Positions 13,301-25,600 of a stretch of 64,000 bases of DNA are shown one piece after another. The DNA is from Euglena gracilis. Lineage: Eukaryota. Under the pieces are notes generated by a model, which worked only from the letters and a program-made list of their open reading frames with translations, had not been told where the DNA came from and ran no database searches. Position numbers and translations under genes: made by a program. The stretch spans positions 47,223,847 through 47,287,846 of the forward strand of contig CP154954.1 of the NCBI GenBank assembly GCA_039621445.1, given 5' to 3'. The first letter of the stretch is position 1. Each line of letters starts with the position of its first letter.

Positions 13301-15221
13301 CGACCCCCCCCGGGGGGGTCACTCCCTTTTCAAAAAAACCAGTCAGTCACTTTTTTGGGAAACCAGTCAGTCACTACCCCCCCCCCCGGGGGGGGGAGGT
13401 AGGCCACTCTGGAATCCAAAGGAATTCTGACCAAAAACATGAAAAAAGGCCAAAAAAAATTCCGGCACCTTTGGCGCCGGGTCAATTTAGTGGTTTTTTG
13501 CCGACCCCCCAGGGGTGGGGGGGAGAGGGTTCGGGCCAAAAACCAGTCAGTCACTCTGAAAAACCCAGTCACCCCCGGGGGGGGGGGGGTCTGGCAAAGT
13601 GATTGTATGGCCAGGACAGATTTCCGACCCACCCATGGACCAATTGGTACCGAAAGCTGGTCAGCACCTGATACCCGACGCGCTGTCCCTGGCAGTCGTG
13701 CTGGCACTGTATGGCGATGGCTTCGATCACTGCCTCACTCTGGTTGCGCGCCGCCTCGGAAAGAATGGCATCAGGGTCGGGGTGGAGGGGAATGCCACCA
13801 AGGATATGGGATTCATGGCGTGTTCATGACATACCTCCGCCATTCATCATGGTTTGGTTGACCATATTTCAGTGTGGTGATGGGCTGATAAAGAAATAAT
13901 AACATCATTTACCCAAATATTTTACCCCAAATATTACCGTGGTTTTGTAACTTAACTAACTTTCTAGATGGGGTTGGCAAAAGTGATCGCTTGAGGTTTG
14001 AGTCCAGCAATCCTCGTGACATCGAGATAAGACATGTGAGGGGCAAAACACAGGCATGTGATGCATTCTCTCCAGCGCAAACCAGTCCGGCCTGTGATAA
14101 TGAAGGACAAATGAAAACCAAAAGCCATCAAACAGGCACAGACAACATGGTCGTGTTTTTCATGTGCCAACAACAGAGGGGGGAGGAAACAGCAAGACTC
14201 CTTGACGTATGCAATGCAAAATTGCACAAAAGTGCAACGAAACTGCAAGCAGTAATTCGTGAAATTAGCAAGCATGTAAAATCCTTTTCAACCTCCTCAG
14301 GATGAAGACTTATCTCTGTTGGAGAGGACTTCAAAAATATCACCTCTGCTGGGGAAAGTTTTTCATGATGGACAATTTTTCATAAAATATAATATTTATT
14401 TTTCATTATGCACCAGAGAATATATATTGAAGAAACATTCACGCGGTTTTCAACAAAAAAAACCACAGAAGCACGAGCAAAATAACTCTTGTACCCCAAA
14501 AAATTCGAGCAAATCAAAAAAAAAACAGCAAAATGACAAAATAAAAAGTTGATTGCCCAAATGCACACACTTCAGCATCAAGCAGCTTGAAAATGGTCAA
14601 TATCTGAGTACGCCGCACACCGAGCCCTGGGGGGGGGTCCTGGGGGGTGCTGTGTGGTGCTGGGGGTCGTTGGGTCAATACAAAGAGCCCAGAAAGGGAC
14701 CCAAAAATAAAACTCTAACATATGATGATGTTATTTTTAAGTCTGGGGTCCAGGGGGTGGGAGCCCCCCCCCCCAGTGGTTGCCGAAGGAGCCTGGAAAT
14801 CCACAGTGAGTGAGCCTTGGGTCCTGGAGGGGGGAAACTGGGCATGACTCCTGGGTTCTTTGGTACAAGAGCAATTTCCGTGCACAATTGCCACACAAAA
14901 ATTGTGAAAATTGGGAGGTCAAAATATGCAAAAAAATGCACATTTTCCCCAAGATTTTCAGAATGCAAAAAATGCAGATCATACAACTTGCACATTCCCC
15001 CCCAGGAAAACAGCAACAGGACACCCCTCAAGAAAAATCGTGCTCTGATTCCACGATGAAAACCCTAACCAACACCTCGATGAACACATTGGGTTGAGGC
15101 ATCGCACCTGCCTCCTGCCACACTTCGCAACGTCCACCATAGGGTTGGGGAAATCCTCGGCCTTCCAGGTGGATGCGCGGCCGAGGAGGAAGACGACCAG
15201 GAGGATGGCAGCAAACGCCAT
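2234..15221 (-). CDS. Multi-exon gene: signal peptide + TPM (MOLO-1-like) domain + transmembrane segments + RING-H2 finger + Gly-rich C-terminus
   Basis: Phase-consistent exons in transcript order: 15221-15108 (MAFAAILLVV..WKAEDFPNPMVDVAKCGRRQ), 14626-14615 (GSVC), 13778-13668 (DPDAILS..GYQ), 12772-12713 (VGLAVLQRM..), 11624-11507 (..FATVVGARWGV..CNDGIILLVSASDRVV), 11269-11165 (YLRTAGGA..MRDAFKQGQYDSG), 10756-10700, 10506-10443 (TM), 10021-9873 (TM), 9540-9516, 8351-8336, 8090-~8035 (CSICLEEF), ~7694-7551, 7372-7328 (LGCGHRFHRQCI), 6663-6543 (EW..CPMCRE), 6306-~6260, ~5975-5826, less certain exons near 4490-4365, 3840-3640 and 3535-3457, and last exon 2277-2234 (GGLFTGGGGAGDSW*). Motifs match TPM/MOLO-1 and C3H2C3 RING consensus. 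Exons between 3500 and 6300 are approximate. Confidence 0.8.
2726..2916. repeat. Tandem repeat, ~6 x 31-33 bp (gtcagtcgatttccattcaggcgcccgtttat)
   Basis: Directly visible; copies are adjacent with no unique spacers. Confidence 0.9.
3017..3120. repeat. Perfect 43-bp inverted repeat with 18-nt loop
   Basis: Arms 3017-3059 and 3078-3120 are exact reverse complements; the loop is tgagcgagcgaagcgagc. Confidence 0.95.
4487..5360. mobile_element. Non-autonomous element(s) with gtcgctagcgac/gactagtc palindromic subterminal repeats
   Basis: Clusters of gtcgctagcgac at 4510-4615 and 5328-5352, with inverted aagtccacc/ggtggactt segments. No TSD established. Confidence 0.45.
9630..9870. repeat. (CA)n microsatellite in TPM-RING intron (related tracts at 10275-10400 and 11330-11490)
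   Basis: Directly visible. Confidence 0.95.
11270..11506 (-). other. Nonconventional intron in TPM-RING gene
   Basis: T|GGCTACCGTGGGGCT...AGCCCCACCGTATTGAC|A, with 11 of 12 pairs from +4 in the +n/-(n+2) register. Removal gives DRVVYLRTAG. An in-frame TGA excludes the nearby AG acceptors. Confidence 0.75.
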
Positions 15222-15253
15222 CGGTCGTGATGCCAGTAGGCACACAAATATAT

Positions 15254-15296
15254 CTGGAGTGGTCGAAGAAAGAAGAGGGGAACAGGAGACTTCTGT
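15254..15296 (-). promoter_or_regulatory. Candidate spliced-leader trans-splice acceptor (polypyrimidine tract + CAG)
   Basis: Minus strand ..CCCCTCTTCTTTCTTCGACCACTCCAG| lies 32 nt before the TPM gene ATG (15221). Euglenozoa add a spliced leader by trans-splicing. It could also be a 5'UTR intron acceptor. Confidence 0.4.
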
Positions 15297-16022
15297 CTGG
15301 CAGGAGAGTGAGGCAGTCGGCCAGCCTTCCTAGCACATTGGCCCCATAAAGGCCCCCGGAGTCCATTTTGTGAAAAAAAATAATAATAAAAGGAAGGCAA
15401 AAAAAAAACTCAAAAATCAAATTCTCCAAAATTTTCATTTTGGAATTTTAGCACTTGCAAATTAATCAAAAAATTGGATAGTGCAAAAATATTTATGCAA
15501 TTTTCATCTGCAGGTCCCATGGGTGGGTCCCATGGGCAGGTGCCGTGGCAGGCAGGTGGGGGGGTTTGGGGTGGGCAATGCTATAGCATCCCCCCCCGGT
15601 GCCGAAGGCCTCCATTGCACAAGGCACCCCCCTCCAGGGTTGGCAAAAAGGAACCTGATCCGCACCCCCCCCCCCCAATAGCTTTGTCCCTTTCAAAATT
15701 GTCTAACCGATGTTTTTGGCCCTGCCCCCACAAAGTTATTTGGGCAGTGCTCAAAACCATTCGGGACTGCTTTAAAATTTCAAATGCTGTTTTTGAAGGG
15801 GTTTAGGCAGGGCAGGGGGGGTACAGGACACCCCATCCAAACGCTGAACGTCACCTTTGGGGGGTGAGTCCACAACGACCAAAAGCCATCCTGATCTGCC
15901 CACAGAGACTGGCTTGTCGGGAACAGTGAGGGGAAAAAGTTTGCGCTCCTTCCTCAAGCCCCCGCCTCCACTTACAGCCCACAATGAAACCACACACATC
16001 CCACATGCAGAGGGGTGCTGGG

Positions 16023-16289
16023 CAGGCTTCTTTTTAAGACCCCCGGGGGGGAGGGGGGGGTCCCCCCCGGCGCGGGACCCCCCCCCCCCGGGGGGGGGGG
16101 GCCGGGACCCCCCCCCAAAAATCGGGCCCGCTAAAGGCGATTTCCAAAAATTTTCGGCGCGAATTAGCACAAAAAGTATGGGATTAGCACAAAAAGTAAG
16201 AAGTTGTGGGTGGGGGGTCCGGCCCGGACCCACCCACCCACCCCCCCTCCCCCCGGGGGGGGGGGTCTGCTGACTTAAAAAGAAGCCTG
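16023..16289. mobile_element. hAT-type MITE
   Basis: TIR caggcttctttttaag/cttaaaaagaagcctg; 8-bp TSD GTGCTGGG. Confidence 0.9.
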
Positions 16290-16891
16290 GTGCTGGGATG
16301 TGCACACCAAACGGTAATTATCATTTTGCGTTTTCTGCCATCATCTGAAAAAAAAATGAGTTCTACAAAGACTACACCAACACCGCAAATTCACGTCGTC
16401 TGTTCATTGTTGGAAATTCACACTGTGCTGGCACAAAAAAAATTCGTCCTCAGATTAATCAGCATTGGGGAAGTCAGGAGAAAGATAATTGAAAGGAACC
16501 TTTCAATGCGAAATAACTATGCAGAACATTAAAAAATTTGTCACTGGTTTGTGCGCGGGGGCCGAGGTGCCTTCTGTAGTTTGACTTTTGTGCAGTATCA
16601 AATGGCAACGCCCATCGGCTTCAAACAATTTATTTTTTGAAAGTAACACACTTTTGAGATAACTGGCACTTTTTTCTAAAATAAAAAGTTGCGCTTTGTT
16701 GAAAATGCTTAACGCTTAACAACAGGACAGCTAAGGGAACCGAACAGGGCCATTCGAGTTTCTTTGTCCAGGTCCGGCAACAAGGCCCATCACGCAAAAA
16801 TTGATTTGGAAATGAAATTGATAGCAAACAGGGCAAGCCAGTGTTAAACTGCTGTGACCCTCTGGACTGTTCAGGTGTCTTGTGGAAAAGT

Positions 16892-19800
16892 TCATGTGGC
16901 AGCAGCCAGCCGGTCCACCGTGGCCTGCAGGATTCGTTTCTGCAGCACGCGGAATCGCACACACGTCCGCACGTTGGGCGACAGCTGCGGGTCCTCCAGC
17001 AGCGCGAGGTCCTCGGCGACGGTGGTGGGGTAGGCGGCGAGCAGCTGCCGGCAGCGGGCCAGGACGACCGCCTCGGGGAAGCCCCGGCTGTGGTCCAGGC
17101 TGTGGAGGGCCCGGGTGCTGGCATGGCGCCGCCTGCAACCCGGCCCGGCAATCCGGCCCGGCAACCCGGCCCGGCAAGCCGGCCCGGCAACCCGGCCCGG
17201 CAACCCGGCCCGGCAACCCGGCCCGCCCAAAGAAAAGGGACCTCTGCCCTCCCGGAACTCCCAGCCCATCCCCAGTGATGCGGCCTGGAGGCATCCGCCA
17301 GGGGGCACCTGGAAGTTGAAAGGGGGGGGGCTCTCCAAAGAGGCGATGGGCATCCTGAAAATGCATTTGGTTGCTGCTGAGAGATGTTGCATGAGTATCG
17401 ACTTTTGTGCGAGCTGCTGACAAACGAAGGTGGTATGAACCATTTTGACTCCCAGAAACCACCCCTCCCAAATGCAGCCCCACCCACCCCTGGGTCTTTC
17501 ATTCTGGCTGCGAGATGTAGACTCCCAAGAAAATGCCGACGGGTGAAGCTTGGAAGTCGGAAGGCATCAGACGCGAAAATTCTCATTTTGCTTCGCTGGT
17601 TACTAAAACTTTCTGTGAAGAAAACAACCTTCAGTGATTGAAAGCTCACTATGAAAAGTTGCATGAGAAATAATGATGATAATAATAATAATAATGCCTT
17701 TTGGATTGCAGAAATGAAAATGGAAATGGGAAAAAAATAGAAATGAAGAATGGAAAATTTGCTTGAAAACGTATCCATAGTGAATCTGAGACCCAGAAAA
17801 ATGTCCGATTGTTCTGCAAAACGAAAGAATGGCATATTTTTAGAGGAGAGAATTTGTGTCTCTCTTTTGGAACTGTCAAAGATAATTTACTGGAACTGAA
17901 CCCGCCCATCAGGTGTCGCTTTTTTGCCTTTCCACGGTTTTGCCCACAACAAGATTGATCTGAACTGGAAATAAATGCTGGTCATGAGGGAAATATAAAA
18001 AACATTAGGTTGAAAGAAGCTGGAATGCAATTCCAAATGCTGCGCTTAAAAATTTCCTGGGAAATAATCTATCTGCAAGTCCCAAAAGACGCAAGACAGG
18101 CGTCCGGGGGAGGTAACAAGGAAAATAATGATGCCAAGTCAAAGTGGTGACCTCTGATTTTGCTTCCTGTCGCATTTGCACATACTGTCAAGCAAGGAAC
18201 GAATGGCTGCCTGAAACCTCAAGAGGCACCATGGATGAGGCGCCCATCCACCATTGAGGCTGCAACAAATAACCGGCAAGGCTCTGAGTCAAAGCCAATC
18301 CTGACTTGATCTGGGTCTTGTGTAAATAAAAAGGCGCACACTCACGCACTACCTCGGGCCTGCACGAGTGTCCGAGTGAACTGCTCCAAAGCTAAAAATT
18401 TTGGTTGGCTTTGGTGGGGAAAAAAAACGGAGTGGGGGGGGGGGGGGTGGGGGGGTAGACAGGGGTAACTTCCCTCTGAGTGATCCCTGTCTGGAACCCC
18501 AGGGGTTTTTGTGACAAACTTGTCGCTTCCACGTCAAGGGTCAGACTCAGAGCCTCTGCTTGTTCAAGCTCGGGCTACAAACGGCAGAAATGCCCCCCAG
18601 GCTGTACTTGGAGGTGTTGGAGTTGTGTTGGAGTTGTACTTGGAGGGTTGACTCTGGACAGGGGCTAAATTGTGCTTGAGCTTCCGCTGTAGGTCCTTGG
18701 CCGAGACCCAGCGCCACCTGTGAGTGGGTGGGTGATGGCACTGGGGATGGGGCAAGCCAGAGGTTGAGAAAGCGAGGCACAACGGGCTTCAAGCCAAAAG
18801 GCCAAAAGGCTGATGAAGGAAAGGCGGGCGATGGCGGGGTCATGGACCTGCTGGCCAAGAATGTGGAGCAGAACTCGGCAAGGTCCCGGACCCGCTCGAA
18901 CACGACCACGTTATCGTACGGGTTGTGGTCCAACACAAATCCGTAGGAGAGGTAGAGTACCCGGTTGGGAAACTTGCCATATTGGACAGTGACCTCCTGG
19001 CTGCAGGGCACCCATCATGACTACGCAAAAGCTAACATGGATATTGCATGAATGTGCATATTATTCTAAAGAAAAATATATACATACATTCATATTCAAA
19101 GTAAACACTTATATGGGAGGGTGACATTTGCCCCCCAAGGTCCTGGGCTAATTGAAAGAATGGGGTTGGGGTCGCTTAGCTCTTGTCTCTTCAGAGGAAG
19201 AGCGAAGCTGGCCACTGGGGAAAAAGGGGGGGGGTAGAACACCCCTACCTGACTCATCTACCGAGGGGCTGGGGGGGGTAGAACCCCCCCCCCTGGTAGG
19301 TGATGAAAACTGCAGATCATCATCAAGACCCCAGTCCCGTCCCCTGGACTGTTTCCGGATCACCTCCATTTGAACCAAACTCCCTGCCAGGCCCAAGCCA
19401 TTCACCCGTGAAGGGGTCCAAACTGGGTAGGATTCACCAAATCCGACTCTGTCATTTCGCAGGGGTGAGATTCGGTCAAAGAATCGATTTTTCGAAAATA
19501 TCTCGAGAAAACGTACATTATCTAATATTATTATTATTATTATCGTGTCGGCAAGACGAAATGTGCCCCTGGAGGCCCTCTATCGCTCCCCATTCGCCAT
19601 TTTGGCCGCCGACACGCCTGGCCTGTGTTCCAACGCGCTTTTTGGCAAAACAGCCATTTTGGGGTGATTTTTGGGCCGTTATTTTTTTGGTAAAAAAACC
19701 CTGATTTTTTCAAATTCAATTTTCTCGACAATGAAGCAAAATCAAAGGAAATGTTTAGAGACCAAAAATGAAGCCCTTTGAATAGCCTATCCAACCATGC

Positions 19801-20665
19801 TTCAGGTTTCTCCCAATTCTTCGTGTAGCTTGAGCTGCGGCCATTATTTTGGCTAATTTCTGCCCATTTCATTTTTGGACTCTTTTTGGGGACAAAAAAA
19901 TCGCTGTTTCCATTATATCTCGGAAATGAAGCAAAATAAAAGAAAATGTCCAGAGACTGAAATTGAAGCCCTTTGAACGCCCTATCTAATGGTATATTGG
20001 TTTCCCTGTAACTCCCCGCAAAGCCCGAGATATAGCCGATTTTAAGGCCCAAAAAAAGCTTTTGTTTTTGACATTTCGGGCCAAAAAAAGGAAACAATCA
20101 AAATTTTTGCTCAAATCGATGTCTCTTGGCCTCCCGGACCCAGAAAACCTGTTTTCGAGCCGAAAATGAGCGTTTTTTGACCCCTCATCCTGTTTTCGGC
20201 CCAAAACCCATGGCCCGGGGGGGGGGGGGCCAGCCGGCGGCCCGGGCCGGGGAAGCCCAAAGAGACGGCTTTGGGTAATTTTTTCCGATTTTTTCGACAT
20301 TTTTGACCTGGAAATGACCCCAAATGCAAACCAAGGGCTGGGCCGGGCCGGGTCGGGTCCCCCTGGCTGCCACAAGCCTCAAACATGTAAAGAGCTCAGC
20401 ACTACACAAAACCTGGTTAGGCGTAACGTTAAGCATAACTCCTTTGCCCTAACTAAAATAGATGCATGCATGCATGCATGGGAAAAAACCAACAAATGAC
20501 ACCAGAAAGTGTCGAAATACAATGTGTTCTGTTTGTTTTCACCAAATGGAGTGCTCTGCTAGGCCCCTTTGTACACCCGCGCTCCCGGTCACCAACTGGA
20601 CGGCAGGCTTGTCTGAGGAATCGAATTTCAAGACAGCGTTGGCGGCGAAACTGTGGTTGGCAAAT
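16892..20665 (-). CDS. SET-domain lysine methyltransferase, Rubisco LSMT/SETD3-like (3' part only; N-terminal exons not found)
   Basis: Exons: ~20665-20562 (FANHSFAANAVLKFD..VQRG; SET NH motif), 18998-18848 (QEVTVQYGKFPNRVLYLSYGFVLDHNPYD), 18717-~18653, probable small exons ~18391-18353 and ~18259-18229 (VDGRLIH), and 17132-16892 (LLAAYPTTVAEDLALL..FRVLQKRILQ*, LSMT substrate-binding signature). Confidence 0.8.
17136..17225. repeat. 13-bp tandem repeat (caacccggcccgg) x ~7
   Basis: Directly visible, next to the acceptor of the last SET exon. Confidence 0.9.
18999..20561 (-). other. Nonconventional intron in SET gene
   Basis: C|TAGCAGAGCAC...GTGCCCTGCAGCC|A, with CAG at +4..6, CTG at -8..-6 and paired ends. 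Removal gives VQRGQEVTVQYG. Confidence 0.85.
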
Positions 20666-20863
20666 TCACGCAGCAGGATGGCAAACGGAACTTACGCTCC
20701 GTAGGGGGACCCGTGGGACCTCCGTCACTTTGCATGGAGCTGCATCAGACTGCCAGAAGGGGTGGGGTAATTTTCTCAAAAGATCCAGAAATTTTGCAAA
20801 TGGCATTGGTTTTTTTGGGGGAAAGGAACACCTCAAAAAAAGACAACGATGGCAAAGAACATA

Positions 20864-21694
20864 CAGTGACAGAAATTTTGGCAAAATACCCAAATTTTGC
20901 CGTAATTTCTTTTCTCGTAATTTTCTCACTCCGTCGGTTTCTGACGCCCTCTTGGGAAGCCGCAAGCACAATGCTGGGACGGTCATGCTTTGACTTCTCA
21001 GAGTCAATGAGGACGCACTGTGTCTTAGTGGTCCGCAAAACAACCGTCACACACAAACTCGTCACAGCGAACGCACTTATGGGCTGTTTGTGTGCTACAT
21101 TCACAAGGATGTGTGGGCTCAGCACGAAGGGATGCTTTGAGGCAGGGCGGTTCAAAAGCAAATAAAAAAAACTCCGCTGTCACAGCACATTCAATGAAAA
21201 ATCCATAGAGAAACATCTTGCACCTCAGCCATTTCGGAATCTGTCAGAATACGCTTGCGGCCACGTTTTTCATGCCGTAATATGAACCATTGTCCTTCCA
21301 AAATTTCAAGCAGCGATTAACTGTACTCCAAGGAAGAATAATCTCTTTGAACTCACTCTTGGCATGGCGATCAATAGCTCCTCGAATCCCATGTTGGCGT
21401 GCCCAATCTGTGACGGTTTTTGTGTAACCGTCTGTCCAAACATGAGGTTTTGCCTTGGAAGATGCAACCTCATCCAGCACAACACGTGGGACGGCATGTG
21501 AATTCATGGCTAAATTGGAGAAAATGAGAAACTGAAACTTACTTCTTTTAATAAGCAGAGGGAAGAAAGAAATTTTTTAGGAAAAAACCAGATTTTGCCA
21601 AAATTTATTTTGCCAAAATAAAAAATTTGCCAAAAATTTTTTCTCGTATTTTTTTTGCCGTAATTTTTGTTTTCCGTAATTTTTAGCCACACTG
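20864..21694 (-). mobile_element. Degenerate Tc1/mariner/pogo-like DNA transposon relic
   Basis: TA|CAGTG...CACTG|TA ends with related AT-rich subterminal motifs. Minus ORF 21244-21507 resembles an N-terminal transposase HTH (inference). Confidence 0.5.
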
Positions 21695-22631
21695 TAAACG
21701 AAAAAATACATATTCTCGAGGGTGATGGTATAAAACCCCCAAAAATACCAAAAAAATCCTAAAAATCACAGGAATTGTTTCCCCCTTATTCTGGGGGCAT
21801 CTCTGCCCAAAAAAAACTCTGTCTGTCCAAAAAAAAATCAAAATTACTCACTCCCCAAAATGGGACAATGAGAAAACAACTCAAATACTTCAAACCCGGG
21901 TTCTTCTTAAGGACTGCTGGGGGGGGATGGAAAAAGGTTATGGTTGGAAAAAAGGTGCTGGCTGGACCTTCTCTGGGGGTGGGTTTGGGGGGGGGGGGGC
22001 AGCCAGTTGGCAGCTGGACATGCCTGGGACCCGAAAACAGGCAAAAAAAATCCAAATCCAGCTTGGCCGGATTTTAGCCAAAATTCTGAGGCAAGAACCC
22101 AAAACCCCTCAAAAATACCATCCTTGACCCCCCTTTTCAAAAATTTAGTGTTTTGTGCCGAAACTTCCAGCGCTGCTCCGCCAGGCTGGTAACAACTTTC
22201 AGTGGACCCCAGGGTGGATCCACAGCCTGGCTGGGAGCTGCTGGATGGGTAAAACATTGCTGGCTGGCTGGATCCCCCTCTCCTGGATCGCCCCCCTCCG
22301 GTTGTATCCCCCTCTCCTGGATCGCCCCTGCTTCGGACACAGACCGAGACAAAAACGTTTGACAGAAGAGAAGAAATAATAGAATTTCGAGAAGAGCAGG
22401 AAGTTATACAGGGAGATGGCAAAAGAGAGGGAGAAGCGCACATTCTGCAAAATTAAAAAAACACAAAAAGTAATTAATTATCTCTGATGACCTTTAGCCA
22501 GCCATGCTCAGAAATAAAGGTGTCCAAGACATTGGATTTCAGGTATTTGCAAGGGATAAAAACAAAATCCTTGCCAAAGATCTGTCAAGTGCAATGCCGA
22601 AGTGGCTTTGTTCCAACTGGCTTGCTCACAG

Positions 22632-25600
22632 GACTGATTGTTCCCGTTTTGTCTGATTACCTGATCGACGTGGGCCCGTCTGCCGTGGACGTCATGCTCT
22701 TCATTCGCGAGATTCTGCTTCGACAGCCTCAACTTCGAGATGAGGTATTCCGTTTATCAAAATTGCGTCTTTGTACCCCATTTCCCTTGCTTGTGAGGAA
22801 CGTTTGGTGTTCTTTGTCGTTCTTCGTGTTTACCTTTTTCGCCCTCCTTAGCCCCCAGAGTTTTAAGTTGGTTTTGTTCAGGGGGAGGTGAGGGGGTCCA
22901 GACCCCCCCAGGGCCAGACCCCCCCGTAGAACCATAAGTTTTTGTTCCCCGGCGCTTTGCGCTGGCAGACTTATACCCCCTACCCCATGTATAAACCTCC
23001 TGGAGTTCAAGTGATCTGATTTGGTTGTTCAGCCAAAGGGGGGGGCATAAGTTGGGGGTTCAAAATTCAAGGAATGAAAATTTTAGTTGGTGAAAATCCA
23101 ACTCCCCCAAATGACCCCCAAACCCCCCAAGTTGGCAATTTTCGGCAAATTTGGTCAAAAATGGCATTTTTGATAATGGTGAGTGAAAAAACAATTGCCA
23201 AAAAATCAGCTTTTTGGGTGATTTGCGGCCGAAACAATCATCCCCGGAGGTCTTCATCTTTCTGACTGGGGGGGGGTTTGGGGGTTTGGTTGGTTGGCCC
23301 GAGGGGGTTTATGCTTTTATCACCTGTTTTCGACAATTTGGTGAGAAAAAAATCCTGAAAATGCTATTTTGGGCTTTTTGAAGTCCCACAAAAACTTCCC
23401 TCTGGGCGCTTTAGGCCGTTTTTTTTTTTACCTGGGGGGTCGACCCCCCCCCCCGGGGAGGGGGTCTGTAACCACCCCATCCCCCATCCCCCCTAAATTT
23501 AATACCCAGCTAGCGCACAAAGACTCCTCTGGGTGACCACAAAGATGTCCAATCACTTTGGAACAAAGAGAGTTGTTGCAGAAAAGGTGTTGGAAATGTG
23601 GGGTGAGAATTTCGAGGTCCTGCAAAATGTTATGTCGACACACAAATATTTAGGGCAGTTAAAAGTTATTTGGGGGTTCACATCTTCGTGAGAGTGATCA
23701 ACAGGGCCGTTGCAGGGGAAAAGTCGTAAAAGGTCCAAATAATTTTGCACCCAGGTGTCACGTGAAAAAAATCATGCATCTTTCTGGGAAATTACGAGGT
23801 GGTAAACAAAAAAGTCATTTGAAATGCCATAATCTTGAGTTCAAGCATCATGTTTTTAGGCGAATGTTTTCGAAATTTTCAATGTTTCCAATGCTTTTTA
23901 AAAAGGTTTTTTTAAGGTTTTTTTGAAGTCATTTTAAAAATTTCAAAAATTGTCAAGGGTCCTTTTTCCAAGGGCGGTTAAATAGCTATCCAGGCATCGA
24001 ACCATCGTCGGTCCAGGTTGATAAAACGTTACAGGCAGATGGACAGTGCTCCATCAATGGCACAAAGCATTTTTCTCCCCTTGGTGTTGGCTTGTTTTTG
24101 CCAAGATTTTGTGACCTCTTCTTTGTTTGGAATTTGTTCTGGAAAGTTTTTCTACAATTTAAATATTTTTTCATATACTATACTATACTATACTATACTA
24201 TACTATACTATACTATACTATACTATACTATACTATACTATACTATACTATAATATAATATAATATTAAATATAGTTTTTTGGGGGGGTTTAAGGGTTTT
24301 TTCAGGTTTTTTTGGGCATTTTGGCAAAAAAAATAAGATTTTTTGCAAGTTTTTTTAAATTTTTTTAAAGTGCCTTAAAAGTGATACCTGGTTTTGTTGT
24401 CCAATGAACAGAAGCATTGAAGAAATGAAAATTATCGGCAAAAAACAACATTTGATGCAAATTAATTTCAGGGAAAGTGGAAAATCAATTCCATTATTGT
24501 TTTTTTGGGGAGGGTCAGCCATATAGTTAGTTAAAACCCTGGGGTGGGAAGGATTATTTGGATTTTGGTAAAACCAAAGGGGTTATTATTCAGGGGGGCT
24601 TTAAATCCGAACCCTGTTGCCCCCTTCCAAGCAATTTTGCCTCCCTGCAAAGTTAGGGGACGGATTTTTTTTTTTGCCTCTGCCCTACAGAGTTAGCCAT
24701 ATGGGGGCCAGTGTTCAGGGGGGAATGGGGTCCAGGCTTGTGCTTAGTCGGGTACCTACCCCACGGGGGGGGGGGGCCTGCTAGGGGCAGGCACTCTAGA
24801 GCACCCACCCAGTCAGTAAGCACAAGCATGATGGGGTCAATGCCCCACCCTCGTGCCATCTGTGCAGATATTGGCCAAGCTGATTGATGTCTTTGGCAGT
24901 ATTTCTTCGCCTAGGGTGCTTCGGATCTTGCTGTGGGTTCTGGGCACCTACTGCAAGTCTGCAGATGAGGTTTGTCCCATGTGTGCGTGTGTGCGTGGCT
25001 GCGTGCACGTGCGCACGTGCGCGCGTGTGTGTGTGCCTCGGAGCACACAACCCCCCCCCCCCCCTTTGGTCCGGACCGACAGGTGACTTGTGGGTGGCCA
25101 TGTCTTTTTTTAAAAAATGTTTGTGACCATTTTTTGTGTCAACGTTTCTGTTACAGTTCAGCAGAATTTCACCAAATGAAAGAAATCTGAGAGAATTTGA
25201 AGCAGCCGGAGTTTTTCTCCCAACCAAGCACCTCCCCCAGTGTCGAATCCCCCCAAATTAACACCAAATCTTTTATTCCAGAGGGTTATTGTTTCCTTTT
25301 CTGCTTGCACTGCCGAAAAATTCTGTGAAGCATGGGAAACGTGCGTCAAAGCAATTTATCATGTCTCGAAAGATCAACTGAGGTTTTCCCTCACCTGAAC
25401 TCGGTTATATATGAATATTTTTGTGGGTTTTTCTGGCAGCATTTCATGCGCCTAACCATGAAGCATGACCATTTTGTTAATGCTTGTTGGATCTCTGCAA
25501 GGCCTCCAGCAAAAAAAAACCCAACTGCTGGTTCCCAAAAGCCCCCAGACAATTTTTTTTTTGCATCATTGTGTAACTGCCCCTTTTTCGACCTCTCTGG

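Noticed and set aside
17384-17440. EYRLL peptide as a missing upstream beta-COP exon
   Set aside because: No similarity beyond 4-5 residues; the region more likely holds a minus-strand SET exon.
18603-18646. 32-bp-period duplication as a frameshift in the SET gene
   Set aside because: A phase-compatible GT donor at ~18652 places it in an intron.
23500-23750. Degenerate retroelement-like coding relics (also ~1420-2100, 39100-39500, 53230-55040)
   Set aside because: Coding-like composition but no motif I could assign confidently.
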